Assembly (NCBI GenBank): GCA_003280965.1 | Contig: QCDI01000006.1 | Span: 1 to 64,000 of the forward strand | Source: Prochlorococcus sp. AG-355-B18 | GTDB taxonomy: Bacteria > Cyanobacteriota > Cyanobacteriia > PCC-6307 > Cyanobiaceae | Reading direction: 5' to 3' | Length of the DNA: 64,000 bases | Part shown: positions 54,638 through 64,000 of the stretch, piece after piece | Layout: every line of letters begins with the position of its first letter | Numbering within the stretch: position 1 is the first letter of the stretch | Program-made: the position numbers and the translations under genes | The notes under the pieces: model-generated | The model's input: the letters and a program-made list of their open reading frames with translations, nothing else | Databases searched by the model: none | Told to the model about the DNA's origin: nothing

Positions 54638-56122
54638 GTGACTAATTTACAAGATAAAAAAATTAATAAAACTAAAAGTTTTAATAAAGAAGATTGGTCA
54701 AGTGCGTATCAAAATGTAGAAAAGGAGCTTACTAAAGAGCCTCTAAAAATTAGCAAAGGTAACAATATTGAAAATTTAAATGGAACATTATTAAGAAATG
54801 GACCGGGAATATTAGAAAGAGGTGGACAATGGGTTCATCATCCATTTGACGGTGATGGAATGATCACATCCATAAAGTTCAAAAATGGTCAGCCGTTCTT
54901 AACAAATAGATTTGTTAAAACTAAAGGCTATTTGGAAGAAGAAAAAATAAATAAATTTATTTATAGAGGTGTTTTCGGGACACAAAAAAATGGAGGAATT
55001 TTAAATAATGCATTGGATCTAAAATTCAAGAATATCGCCAATACTCATGTCGTTAAATTAGGAGATGAAATTCTCGCATTATGGGAAGCAGCCGGTCCAC
55101 ATGCAATGGATTCTGATAGTCTCGAAACTATTGGTTTAACAACATTAAAAGGTGTCCTCAAGCCTAACGAAGCATTCAGTGCCCATCCTAAAAAAGACCT
55201 AAACTCAAATGCATCTTCAGAACTTTTAGTCACTTTTGGAGTACAAACCGGACCAAAAAGCACTATTAGATTAATGGAATTTAATAATGCAGGTAAAAAT
55301 TCTGGAGAGCTCATTTTCGACAGAAAAGATACCTTTAATGGCTTTGCATTCCTTCATGATTTCGCAATTACAACTAATTGGGCAATATTCTTACAGAATG
55401 CTATTGATTTCAATCCTCTTCCATTTGTTATGGGTCAAAGAGGAGCAGCACAATGTCTAAAGTCAAATCCAAATAAAAAGGCAAAGTTTTTTATCATCCC
55501 CAGAGAAAGTGGATTATTTAGAGGTCAACCACCGTTAACAATAGATGCTCCAGAAGGATTCGTTTTTCATCATGTAAATGCATTTGAAAAAGAATCCAAA
55601 ATCGTATTAGATAGTATTTTTTATGATGATTTCCCATCAGTTGGTCCAGACGAAAATTTTAGAGATATTGACTTTGATAAATATCCAGAAGGAAAACTGA
55701 AAAGATCAATTATCGATCTAAAGAAAAAAACTAGTGACCTTGAAACTTTAAGTGAACAATGTTGCGAATTTGCTGTTGTTAATCCTAAAAACTTAGGATT
55801 AAAAGCAAATTTTAGTTGGATGGCAAGCACATCTCAAAAGCTAGGGAACGCTCCACTTCAAGCAATAAAAAAAATCAATTTAACATCCAAGGAAGAGATT
55901 TCTTGGTCAGCAGGTCCAAGTGGATTCGTTAGTGAACCAATTATGGTTCCATCAGAAAACTCTTCAAAAGAAGATGAGGGATTTTTATTTATACTTCTAT
56001 GGAACGGAGAAAGAAGAGGAAGCGATTTAGTGATATTAGATGCAAAAGACTTAAAAGAATTAGCTGTTTATGAACTACCCATTTCAATTCCTCATGGCCT
56101 TCATGGATCTTGGGTTAATTGA
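54638..56122 (+). CDS. carotenoid/apocarotenoid cleavage oxygenase (RPE65 family)
   Basis: RNGPG, HPFDGDG, AHP, HDF, FHH, EP, HGLHG; start probably GTG 54638 (ORF track 54605). Confidence 0.92.
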   Translation: MTNLQDKKINKTKSFNKEDWSSAYQNVEKELTKEPLKISKGNNIENLNGTLLRNGPGILERGGQWVHHPFDGDGMITSIKFKNGQPFLTNRFVKTKGYLEEEKINKFIYRGVFGTQKNGGILNNALDLKFKNIANTHVVKLGDEILALWEAAGPHAMDSDSLETIGLTTLKGVLKPNEAFSAHPKKDLNSNASSELLVTFGVQTGPKSTIRLMEFNNAGKNSGELIFDRKDTFNGFAFLHDFAITTNWAIFLQNAIDFNPLPFVMGQRGAAQCLKSNPNKKAKFFIIPRESGLFRGQPPLTIDAPEGFVFHHVNAFEKESKIVLDSIFYDDFPSVGPDENFRDIDFDKYPEGKLKRSIIDLKKKTSDLETLSEQCCEFAVVNPKNLGLKANFSWMASTSQKLGNAPLQAIKKINLTSKEEISWSAGPSGFVSEPIMVPSENSSKEDEGFLFILLWNGERRGSDLVILDAKDLKELAVYELPISIPHGLHGSWVN

Positions 56123-56124
56123 AT

Positions 56125-56700
56125 TTAAGAAAAAATTTCAATTATATCCGGAATGATTTTTTTTAATGCTTTACCTCTATGACTACAATAGTCTTTAATA
56201 TCATTATTCATTTCTGCGAAAGTTAATCTAGTAGAACTCTCCTCAAAAATTGGGTCATACCCAAAACCACCTTTTCCTCTTGGGTTTAAAATGATATTGC
56301 CATGACATTTTGCCTCAGATTCAATAATCACTTCACCATTTGGGGAACAAACACAAATATTAGCAATAAAGAAAGCACTTCTATTTTGAACTCCATCAAG
56401 TTCTCTTAAAACTCGTTCAATTCTCTTCTGATCATTTTCTGCATATCTAGATGAGTAAATGCCAGGCTTACCACCTAGTGCTTCAATACAAATTCCTGAA
56501 TCATCTGCTATTGAAAAATTATTCGTTTTTCTCGAAACTTCACTCGCTTTTTTAATTGCATTATCTCTAAACGTCAGTCCATCCTCTTCAACTTCTAATG
56601 ATTCTGGCTGGAGTAACAATTTACAATTAACTCCCGCAAGCAATTTCTTATATTCTTCAATTTTACCTTTATTCATACTCGCTAAATATAAATTTTTCAT
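56125..56700 (-). CDS. rdgB: non-canonical purine NTP pyrophosphatase (Ham1)
   Basis: NKGK, ADDSG, PGIYS, GFGYDPIF, SHRGKA; start set to ATG 56700. Confidence 0.95.
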   Translation of the reverse strand: MKNLYLASMNKGKIEEYKKLLAGVNCKLLLQPESLEVEEDGLTFRDNAIKKASEVSRKTNNFSIADDSGICIEALGGKPGIYSSRYAENDQKRIERVLRELDGVQNRSAFFIANICVCSPNGEVIIESEAKCHGNIILNPRGKGGFGYDPIFEESSTRLTFAEMNNDIKDYCSHRGKALKKIIPDIIEIFS

Positions 56701-56702
56701 CC

Positions 56703-58157
56703 TTATTTTCCTGCCAAATTTATAAATTCTTGACCCCACTCTAATACCTCAATTAGATAAGATTCTTTTGGTGCTTCACAATATAACCTTAAAAGAGGTT
56801 CCGTTCCTGAAAACCTAAAAAGAAGCCAAAAATTTTTATCAATTCTCAACTTTATTCCATCGATTTTTGAGATACTTTTTAACTTATGATTATTAATATT
56901 ATCAGGAATATTATCTATAATAAATTTTTTTACGTTATTTTTTTCTGACTGATTTGGAAATTTAATATCAATTCTTTTATAAAAACTTGGCCCAAAATCT
57001 TCTTGAATTTCATCTAAGGTTTCATATAAATATTGAGATTTTTCAGCAATTCCATTTAATAAAACCATAGCTGCATATAGAGCATCTCTTTCAGGCATAA
57101 AGTCACCAAAACCAACTCCCCCAGATTCCTCTCCTCCGATAAATATTTTTTCTTTGATCATTTTTTCAGCAATATATTTAAAGCCAACTGGAAGTTCAAA
57201 AACATCCCTATTTTGACTCTCTGATATATTTTTAATAATATCTGAACCACTAACAGTCTTTAAAACTGGATAAGAATTATTTTTAATTTCGCCCAAATAG
57301 CTAATAAAGTATGGGAGTAAATCTTGAGTACTAGAGTATCTTCCTTTTTCATCAATTGCTGCAATTCTATCACCGTCACCATCAAATATTATTCCTAAAG
57401 TTTTCACTTCATTTGTTGAATTTTTCATTAGTATTTGTTTTAGATCATCTGCATAATTCAAAAGAGGTTCAGGAGGTTTACCTCCAAAAAAAGGATCAGC
57501 ATCTTTCCTGATTTCTGCAATAACTTCTAAATCACTAGAAGCAAAAATCTCAACCATACAATTTGCAGCTGAACCATGCATAGAATCTACAAAAATTCGC
57601 AATTTCATTTTTTTTAATCTCTTGGAAATATAGTCAATATCAAAAAGGGATTTAATTCTATCTAAATGAAATTTCTTAATATCTACCAATTGATTAAGAC
57701 CTTCTATTTTTTCAATAGAATTTCCAAGCATTAATCTTTTTTCAACTTCACTTGTAAAAGATTCGTCAACAGAACATCCATTAAAGCTCTTTATTTTCAG
57801 ACCTAGCCAATTATATGGATTATGACTTGCTGTAATTACTAACGCTCCAAGACAACCGACTTCTTTGGCATAGAAACTACAAGAGGGTGTTGTAACAAAG
57901 CTATCAGATAAGATCGGTTCGAAACCACATCCTCTCACAAAAGGCACTATTTGCTTGGCGAATTCACAAGCCATAAATCTGCGATCATATCCAATAATAA
58001 TTTTCTTTGAATTAACTTCTTTATAGTATTGATAATGCAACTCCTGACATGCAGCGACAACAACTCTTGAAAGATTGGACAGGTTAAAGTCAAAACCAAT
58101 AATTCCTCTCCAACCATCAGTTCCAAATTTTATTTTGTCTAATTTATCAGCTATCAA
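56703..58157 (-). CDS. phosphoglucomutase/phosphomannomutase
   Basis: FGTDGWRG, TASHNP, DGDGDR, GEESGG, RFSGTEP. Confidence 0.95.
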   Translation of the reverse strand: MIADKLDKIKFGTDGWRGIIGFDFNLSNLSRVVVAACQELHYQYYKEVNSKKIIIGYDRRFMACEFAKQIVPFVRGCGFEPILSDSFVTTPSCSFYAKEVGCLGALVITASHNPYNWLGLKIKSFNGCSVDESFTSEVEKRLMLGNSIEKIEGLNQLVDIKKFHLDRIKSLFDIDYISKRLKKMKLRIFVDSMHGSAANCMVEIFASSDLEVIAEIRKDADPFFGGKPPEPLLNYADDLKQILMKNSTNEVKTLGIIFDGDGDRIAAIDEKGRYSSTQDLLPYFISYLGEIKNNSYPVLKTVSGSDIIKNISESQNRDVFELPVGFKYIAEKMIKEKIFIGGEESGGVGFGDFMPERDALYAAMVLLNGIAEKSQYLYETLDEIQEDFGPSFYKRIDIKFPNQSEKNNVKKFIIDNIPDNINNHKLKSISKIDGIKLRIDKNFWLLFRFSGTEPLLRLYCEAPKESYLIEVLEWGQEFINLAGK

Positions 58158-58237
58158 ATTAAAAATTTCCTTGATTTCTTTTAATTATCTATACTAATTT
58201 ATATGAGTAAATTTTAAAACCGCCCTTTAAAAATAAT

Positions 58238-59656
58238 TTGAATTCTCTTCATTTAAAAAGTTTTACAAGATGTAAAAGAAAAGCATGGCTCGATTTTAAG
58301 GGGAAAAAATCTTATGAAGTTTGGTCTCCCCATAAAGCTATAGATAAAATTAATCAGTTTCAAATTTTCTCTGAACTTTGTAATGGTGAAATATATACAG
58401 GATTAAAAGGCTGTGAAAATGGTTATCAAGGAGTAATTGGATTAAAAATCAAAAAGAATCTTTTCCAAAATATAAACGCAGAGATACGTCCACAATTACT
58501 TGTAAAGACTAAAGGTAAAAGTAAATGGGGACAATATAAATATTTACCTGCTGTTTATAAGTTAGGCCACAAAACAACAAAAGAACATTTATTCGACTTA
58601 GCTTTTTGTTCTATGATGTTTGAATCTTTTCAAGAATCTAAAATTGAGAAAGGATTAGTAATTTCAACTTTTGATAAAAAAATTAAAATTGAAGAAATTT
58701 ATTTAAATAAAAAATTAAGAAAAAAAGTCTTAAATGTTTTATTAAATTTGAATGAATGCTTGGAGGAATCTATACCAGAAATAACTCAAGATAGAAAAAA
58801 ATGTACTATTTGTTCCTGGCAAAAATTTTGTGACAACGAAGCAAAAAAAAATGGATATCTAACAGATATAGATGGAATAGGGTCCAAAACGTCCTCATTA
58901 CTCAAAGCAAAAGGAATAATTAATACCCAAATATTAGCTTCTTATAACGAAAAACAACTTGGAGAGAAATTATCTAAATTCAACGATCAAAAGTATGAAA
59001 AAGCGTCCATATTTGTAAAGCAAGCAAAAGCATATATCTCTGGAGAACCATATTTCATTTCTAATAAAAATAATACGGAAGATCTATTTGAAAAAATATG
59101 TTCGGGATTTTATATATTTGATATTGAGTCAAATCCAGATGAAAAGCATGATTTTTTATATGGATTTTTAAAAGTAAATAATTTGTCTACAAAAAAAGAA
59201 GATCTTATTTATGAACCAATCTTAAATCTTAAAAACAATAAAGGAGAATCTTACAGACAAATTATTGAAATACTTTTTTCACACAAGGAATGGCCAGTTT
59301 TACATTACGGAGAAACTGAAAAAATATCAATAATTAAAATTGCTAAAGAATTAAATTTTAGTTTTGAAGAAATTGATTCACTTACCTCAAGATTTATTGA
59401 CTTACATACCTTAATAAGAAAGTCTTGGATATTACCACTAAAAAACTATGGCTTAAAAACTGTTTCTAATTGGCTTGGATTCGAATGGGTGCAGAAAAAT
59501 GTAAGTGGCTCGAAAGCTCTTTATTGGTGGATACAATATCAAATTACAGAAAACGAAATATTTTTAAAAAAAATTATGCAATATAACAAAGATGATTGTT
59601 TTGCTACTTTAAAAATTGCGGAATATTTAATCAAAAATCAATTAAAGAAAAACTGA
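58238..59656 (+). CDS. TM0106-family RecB-like/RNase H-like nuclease
   Basis: CKRKAWL...CTICSWQKFC, HhH-like IDGIG, FDIES, FIDL, YGLK, YNKDDC. Confidence 0.85.
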   Translation: MNSLHLKSFTRCKRKAWLDFKGKKSYEVWSPHKAIDKINQFQIFSELCNGEIYTGLKGCENGYQGVIGLKIKKNLFQNINAEIRPQLLVKTKGKSKWGQYKYLPAVYKLGHKTTKEHLFDLAFCSMMFESFQESKIEKGLVISTFDKKIKIEEIYLNKKLRKKVLNVLLNLNECLEESIPEITQDRKKCTICSWQKFCDNEAKKNGYLTDIDGIGSKTSSLLKAKGIINTQILASYNEKQLGEKLSKFNDQKYEKASIFVKQAKAYISGEPYFISNKNNTEDLFEKICSGFYIFDIESNPDEKHDFLYGFLKVNNLSTKKEDLIYEPILNLKNNKGESYRQIIEILFSHKEWPVLHYGETEKISIIKIAKELNFSFEEIDSLTSRFIDLHTLIRKSWILPLKNYGLKTVSNWLGFEWVQKNVSGSKALYWWIQYQITENEIFLKKIMQYNKDDCFATLKIAEYLIKNQLKKN

Positions 59657-60478
59657 TCCTACAGATTTATTTATAATAATTTTTCCAAAAACTTCTGAAT
59701 AAAAATAACATCCTTCTTCTAAATATTTTCTTTTTATCATTGCTAATCCTTTAAATTGAGCATCTAATTTCAAAATACTAGTGATTTTGCCAACAGAAAT
59801 TTCTTTTGAAGAATTTATGTATAAATTATTATCTTCAACGTCTAAATTCTCATTAAATTCACATGATTTCCAAATTCTTATTTCTTGTTTTAAAGAAGAA
59901 ACATTTTTTATTTTTGACATTGTTTCTTGTCCTAAGTAACAACCTTTATTAAAATCTATAAGATCTTTTAATCCAAGTTCGAGAGGATTATTTTTTCCGT
60001 TTATTTCCATATCTAAAGAGGGTATTGCCTGATTAATCTTCCAATTTTTTAAATCATTGGAATTCAGTAAATTTAGTTTATTTTTATATATTTCAAATTC
60101 TTTATCTTCTGTTTTGAAGAAAATAGGCTGGTGAATTCTCCATGAACTAGATTCATCAATTTTCTGAATTCTATTTATCAAAAAAGGTTCACTTAAAAGT
60201 ACATCATCCGCCGGAAAAATAATTTGATTAAAGTAACCAATTATTTCATGAGTGTTACCTGTCAAAATAATTACTTCTAAGTTTCTTTCTAAAAAATTAA
60301 TTTCAATTAATGACCTTAGAACTCCATTTGGAGTTAACCAACAAGTTTTGATAACTTTATTTTCTGAATTTAGAATATTACTTGTTGTTATTCCATTCAA
60401 AAATTTCCTGGCATCTTTTCCAGTAATAGAAAAACAATCAAATTTTTCATGCCAAAACTTTTTTTTTATATCTTGCAT
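59642..60478 (-). CDS. ygfZ: folate-binding Fe-S repair protein YgfZ/GcvT family
   Basis: GKDARKFLNG, KGCYLGQE signature. Confidence 0.9.
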   Translation of the reverse strand: MQDIKKKFWHEKFDCFSITGKDARKFLNGITTSNILNSENKVIKTCWLTPNGVLRSLIEINFLERNLEVIILTGNTHEIIGYFNQIIFPADDVLLSEPFLINRIQKIDESSSWRIHQPIFFKTEDKEFEIYKNKLNLLNSNDLKNWKINQAIPSLDMEINGKNNPLELGLKDLIDFNKGCYLGQETMSKIKNVSSLKQEIRIWKSCEFNENLDVEDNNLYINSSKEISVGKITSILKLDAQFKGLAMIKRKYLEEGCYFYSEVFGKIIINKSVGSVFL

Positions 60479-60488
60479 TTTGAGATAA

Positions 60489-61049
60489 TTATAAGAAATC
60501 TTTTATTGTAAAAAGACTCTTTAATTTAACATTTTCATTATCAAGGGCTTCACATCCCCCTTCTTGTCTATCAACTATAGACAAAACTTCCTCAACAACA
60601 TAATTATTTTCTCGTAACTTTTTTATAGCTTTTATTACTGAACCTGCAGTTGTAACCACATCCTCTAAGACAGTTACCATAGTTCCTTCTTCTAATATAG
60701 GCCCTTCAATTCCAGCTTTGGTGCCGTATTTTTTAATTTCTTTCCGAATTATTAAACCATTAAGGTCTAGGCCTTGCGAAGCCGCTTTAACGATTAATCC
60801 ACTTACAAGAGGATCTGCACCTAGTGTCAATCCTGCTACAGCTTTTGAACTTGAGTCTTTTAACTCTAAAAATAAATCACTTATTAAGTTCAGGCCTTCG
60901 CCATTTAATGATACTGGTTTACAGTTCAAGTAATGACTACTTTTTTTACCTGAAGATAGAGTGAAGTTACCTTTCTTATATGATTTTTCAATTAAATGTT
61001 TTAACAATTTTGCTCTATTTGAATCATACTTTTCAGAAAAATTGCCCAT
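60489..61049 (-). CDS. pyrE: orotate phosphoribosyltransferase
   Basis: [25 protein letters not shown]. Confidence 0.95.
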   Translation of the reverse strand: MGNFSEKYDSNRAKLLKHLIEKSYKKGNFTLSSGKKSSHYLNCKPVSLNGEGLNLISDLFLELKDSSSKAVAGLTLGADPLVSGLIVKAASQGLDLNGLIIRKEIKKYGTKAGIEGPILEEGTMVTVLEDVVTTAGSVIKAIKKLRENNYVVEEVLSIVDRQEGGCEALDNENVKLKSLFTIKDFL

Positions 61050-61190
61050 TAGTAAAAGTTAAATTTATATTTAAAGATTAGAAGAAAAAAAAGAAATCTC
61101 ACAAAAACTTCCTAATGAGGTGTTTTTTGAAATATTATTTTTATATTGTATATTGAAATTCAATGTAATTAAAATTACAGAAACTCTCTT

Positions 61191-61263
61191 GGGGGTGTAG
61201 CAATCTGGTGAATGCACCAAACTCATAATTTGGCTAAGGCGAGTTCGATCCTCGCCACCCCCA
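61191..61263 (+). tRNA. tRNA with CAT anticodon (Ile2 or elongator Met)
   Basis: GGGGGTG/CACCCCC acceptor, CCAAA-CTCATAA-TTTGG anticodon arm, GCGAG-TTCGATC-CTCGC T arm; not initiator type. Confidence 0.93.
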
Positions 61264-61281
61264 TAATTAATTTGTCTTTGA

Positions 61282-62550
61282 ATGAAAATAACTCTACTTT
61301 TATTTCTTTTATTTTTCCCAGCTTTTTTCGCTGCTAGTGAACTTTCTGTTTTATTAATAAGACCAAGTAAAGTTTTGAGGTTAATAGAAGAAAAAAAGAA
61401 AGGAGCATTTTCAATTTTAAAAATTCAAAAAAGATTTAGATCCTCCTTAATAGCTTCTCAATTTGGAGTGACAATTTCATTAATCTCAATTGGATGGCTG
61501 AGCAACAGCATGGCCAATGAATTCTGGGAAAAAAATATTTTGCCAAATAGATTTTTTGATCTTTTATTATTTCTATTTGTGGTAACAATTGTTACGCTTG
61601 TATCTGGTCTAATTCCTAAAGCTTTGGTAATTAATAATCCAGAATCTGCTGCATTGAGATTAACTTCGATATTTGATGCAGTCAGAAAAGGTATGCAACC
61701 TATTGTTTCAATAATCGAATTCTTTGCTAGTGCTTGTTTGGGCTTATTAAATCTAAATAATAAATGGGACTCTTTAAATTCTGGCTTATCGGCAGGTGAA
61801 TTAGAAACTCTTATAGAAACAGATAATGTTACAGGTTTAAAGCCAGATGAAAAGAATATTCTTGAAGGAGTTTTCGCTTTAAAAGATACTCAGGTTAAAG
61901 AAGTAATGATTCCAAGATCTGAGATGGTAACTTTGCCAAAGAATATAACTTTTTCAGAACTTATGAAACAAGTCGATAAAACTCGACATGCTCGATTTTT
62001 CGTCATTGGAGAGTCTTTAGATGATGTTTTAGGGGTCTTAGATTTGCGTTATTTAGCTAAACCAATATCTAAGAGCGAAATGGAAGCTAATACATTACTA
62101 GAGCCATTTCTGTTACCAGTTACAAAAATAATAGAAACATGCTCTTTAGCAGAGATATTACCAATAGTTAGAGACTATAATCCCTTCTTACTTGTGGTTG
62201 ATGAACATGGTGGAACAGAGGGTCTAATAACTGCAGCTGATTTAAATGGCGAAATCGTTGGAGAAGAAATGCTTAATAACAAAATATACTCGGATATGAA
62301 AATGTTAGATAATTTCTCTAAAAAATGGTCCCTAGCAGGAAAATCAGAAATAATAGATATCAACAAAAGGTTAGGATGTTCAATTCCAGAAGGAGCTGAT
62401 TACCATACCCTTGCTGGATTTCTTTTAGAAAAATTTCAAATGGTTCCAAAAATTGGAGATGTTTTAGGTTTTAATAACATAAAATTTGAGGTTGTTTCTA
62501 TGTCAGGTCCAAAAATTGATCGTGTAAAAATAATTCTTCCAAAAAGCTAA
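61282..62550 (+). CDS. CNNM/CorC (HlyC) family membrane protein with CBS domains
   Basis: FFAASE, VMIPRSEM, VVDEHGGTEGLIT, TLAGF. Confidence 0.92.
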   Translation: MKITLLLFLLFFPAFFAASELSVLLIRPSKVLRLIEEKKKGAFSILKIQKRFRSSLIASQFGVTISLISIGWLSNSMANEFWEKNILPNRFFDLLLFLFVVTIVTLVSGLIPKALVINNPESAALRLTSIFDAVRKGMQPIVSIIEFFASACLGLLNLNNKWDSLNSGLSAGELETLIETDNVTGLKPDEKNILEGVFALKDTQVKEVMIPRSEMVTLPKNITFSELMKQVDKTRHARFFVIGESLDDVLGVLDLRYLAKPISKSEMEANTLLEPFLLPVTKIIETCSLAEILPIVRDYNPFLLVVDEHGGTEGLITAADLNGEIVGEEMLNNKIYSDMKMLDNFSKKWSLAGKSEIIDINKRLGCSIPEGADYHTLAGFLLEKFQMVPKIGDVLGFNNIKFEVVSMSGPKIDRVKIILPKS

Positions 62551-62600
62551 ATGTGTCTTGTTATAGAGGATAATAATAATAAATATATGTAGTTAAAGTT

Positions 62601-63605
62601 ATGCAACCAACCTCATCACCAGTAAAGGTTGGAGTAATTGGTATTGGAAATATGGGCTGGCATCATGCTCGAGTGCTCAGTTTGCTAAGAGATGCTGATC
62701 TTGTTGGAGTGGCAGATCCAAATGAAGAGAGAGGCAAATTAGCTATTGAGCAATTTCAATGTGAATGGTTTAAAAATTATCAAGACTTAATTCCTAAAGT
62801 TGACGCTATCTGTATCGCTGTTCCAACACTACTTCATCAAAAAGTAGGCCTAGATTGCCTTAAAGGCGGTGCCAACGTTCTCATTGAAAAACCAATAGCC
62901 GCTAACGAGTCAGAAGCAAAATCTTTAATAGATGCAGCTAATGCAAGTAATTGTCTATTACAAGTAGGACATATTGAAAGATTTAATCCTGCTTTTAGGG
63001 AATTAAATAAAATAGTACATCATGAAGAAATTGTTGTTTTAGAAGCAAGAAGACACAGTCCTAATGCCGATAGAGCAAATGACGTATCTGTAGTCATGGA
63101 TTTGATGATTCATGACATTGATCTTGTTTTAGAACTTGTAAACTCGAAAATACAAAAATTAGCAGCTGTTGGAGGAAGAAATAACGAAGGCTTAATAGAT
63201 TATGTCAATGCTACTTTAGTTTTTAAAAATAATGTTATTGCAAGCTTAACTGCTAGCAAAATGAGTCACAAAAAAATTAGAAGTTTAAGTGCTCACTGCC
63301 AAAATGGCCTAGTAGAAACAGATTTCTTAAATCACTCACTACACATCCATCGAAAATCTCATGAATCATACACGGCAGAGCATGGCGAATTAGTTTATAG
63401 AAATGATGGATATGTCGAAGAAGTTAGTACTACTTCCATCGAGCCTCTTTATGCAGAACTGGAACATTTTCTTAAATGTGTTCAAGGTAAAGAGACCCCT
63501 GAGGTAGATGGTGAGCAAGCCTCAAGAGCCTTAAAAATTGCTGATTTTATAGAAAGTGCTGTAGAAAATTCTGGAGATGCAATTTTGCTTGAAAATCCCT
63601 TCTAA
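62601..63605 (+). CDS. Gfo/Idh/MocA oxidoreductase
   Basis: VGVIGIGNMG, EKPIA, GHIERFNP, DLMIHDID. Confidence 0.93.
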   Translation: MQPTSSPVKVGVIGIGNMGWHHARVLSLLRDADLVGVADPNEERGKLAIEQFQCEWFKNYQDLIPKVDAICIAVPTLLHQKVGLDCLKGGANVLIEKPIAANESEAKSLIDAANASNCLLQVGHIERFNPAFRELNKIVHHEEIVVLEARRHSPNADRANDVSVVMDLMIHDIDLVLELVNSKIQKLAAVGGRNNEGLIDYVNATLVFKNNVIASLTASKMSHKKIRSLSAHCQNGLVETDFLNHSLHIHRKSHESYTAEHGELVYRNDGYVEEVSTTSIEPLYAELEHFLKCVQGKETPEVDGEQASRALKIADFIESAVENSGDAILLENPF

Positions 63606-63631
63606 GAAAAATTATCTAAACGGAAAGAATT

Positions 63632-63772
63632 TTATTTAAACCCTACTGCAGCTTGCCAAACAAATACCAATAAAAAGAAAAATAAAGGGATAAGAGGAAG
63701 AACATCAACAGTTGGAGCAAAAGCCTTGTAAGCTTCAGGCAATTCAGCGAAAGTATTAAATAGAATGAGCAC
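63632..63772 (-). CDS. psbK: photosystem II protein K
   Basis: Hand-translated (GTG) [45 protein letters not shown]. Confidence 0.97.
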
Positions 63773-63805
63773 CTTTTTAATAATTTAATTAATTATGATA
63801 AGACG

Positions 63806-64000
63806 TTACCACGTATGGTGAGCAATAGAGGATGTTTTCCAAGGAGCGAAATCAATTGTAAAACAATTATCTTTAATTGCATTAGAAATAGCTCTGGTAA
63901 ATCTTATTAAATGAGCAATATTATGCAAACTTATTAAGGTGAGACCTAATATTTCATCATTTCTAATTAGATGATGCAAATACGCACGCGAATAAGACTT
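63806..64000 (-). CDS. tgt: queuine tRNA-ribosyltransferase, 3' end (truncated by window)
   Basis: Hand-translated [31 protein letters not shown]...HHTW*. Confidence 0.9.
   Translation of the reverse strand, partial: KSYSRAYLHHLIRNDEILGLTLISLHNIAHLIRFTRAISNAIKDNCFTIDFAPWKTSSIAHHTW

Noticed and set aside
20612..61263. tRNA-Thr, tRNA-Phe and CAT tRNA as island integration sites
   Set aside because: No integrase and no duplicated tRNA 3' ends seen; flanks are mostly core genes

Overview
A strongly AT-rich, tightly packed cyanobacterial chromosome segment. Gene content points to a high-light Prochlorococcus marinus ecotype (inference): a lone degenerate cpeB with cpeS and no cpeA, a short PTOX, a CPD photolyase, extended PsbJ and PsbM, and one rRNA operon whose ITS carries tRNA-Ile and tRNA-Ala. 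From about 3 kb to the end it is essentially core genome. It holds the rrn operon (minus strand), psaE-mutM, invertase, petBD, ctpA, HD protein-minCDE, psbM/prmC/tsaC, psbB-psbT-nrdR-rps1-metK, cpeS/cpeB, uvrD, cca, selD, mtnP, rubA-ycf48-psbEFLJ, ndhCKJ, mlaF/D, chlD, folK-nudix-phr, fabI-hisB, carotenoid oxygenase, pgm, pyrE, psbK and the 3' end of tgt. I saw no CRISPR array, transposase, integrase or prophage. The most unusual part is the first ~3.1 kb, an accessory-looking stress/redox patch. There PTOX sits next to a stand-alone NdhF N-terminal fragment, a LexA-box-led DUF3104-like gene and at least six micro-ORFs missed by the ORF track, including a divergent HLIP-like ORF and a poly-Gln peptide. 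Other points of interest are the FAD-oxidoreductase-SelD fusion, a TM0106-family protein with an apparently dead Cas4/RecB-like site but intact exonuclease motifs, and a CAT tRNA that may be Ile2. I cannot show from sequence alone that any of these is a new system.
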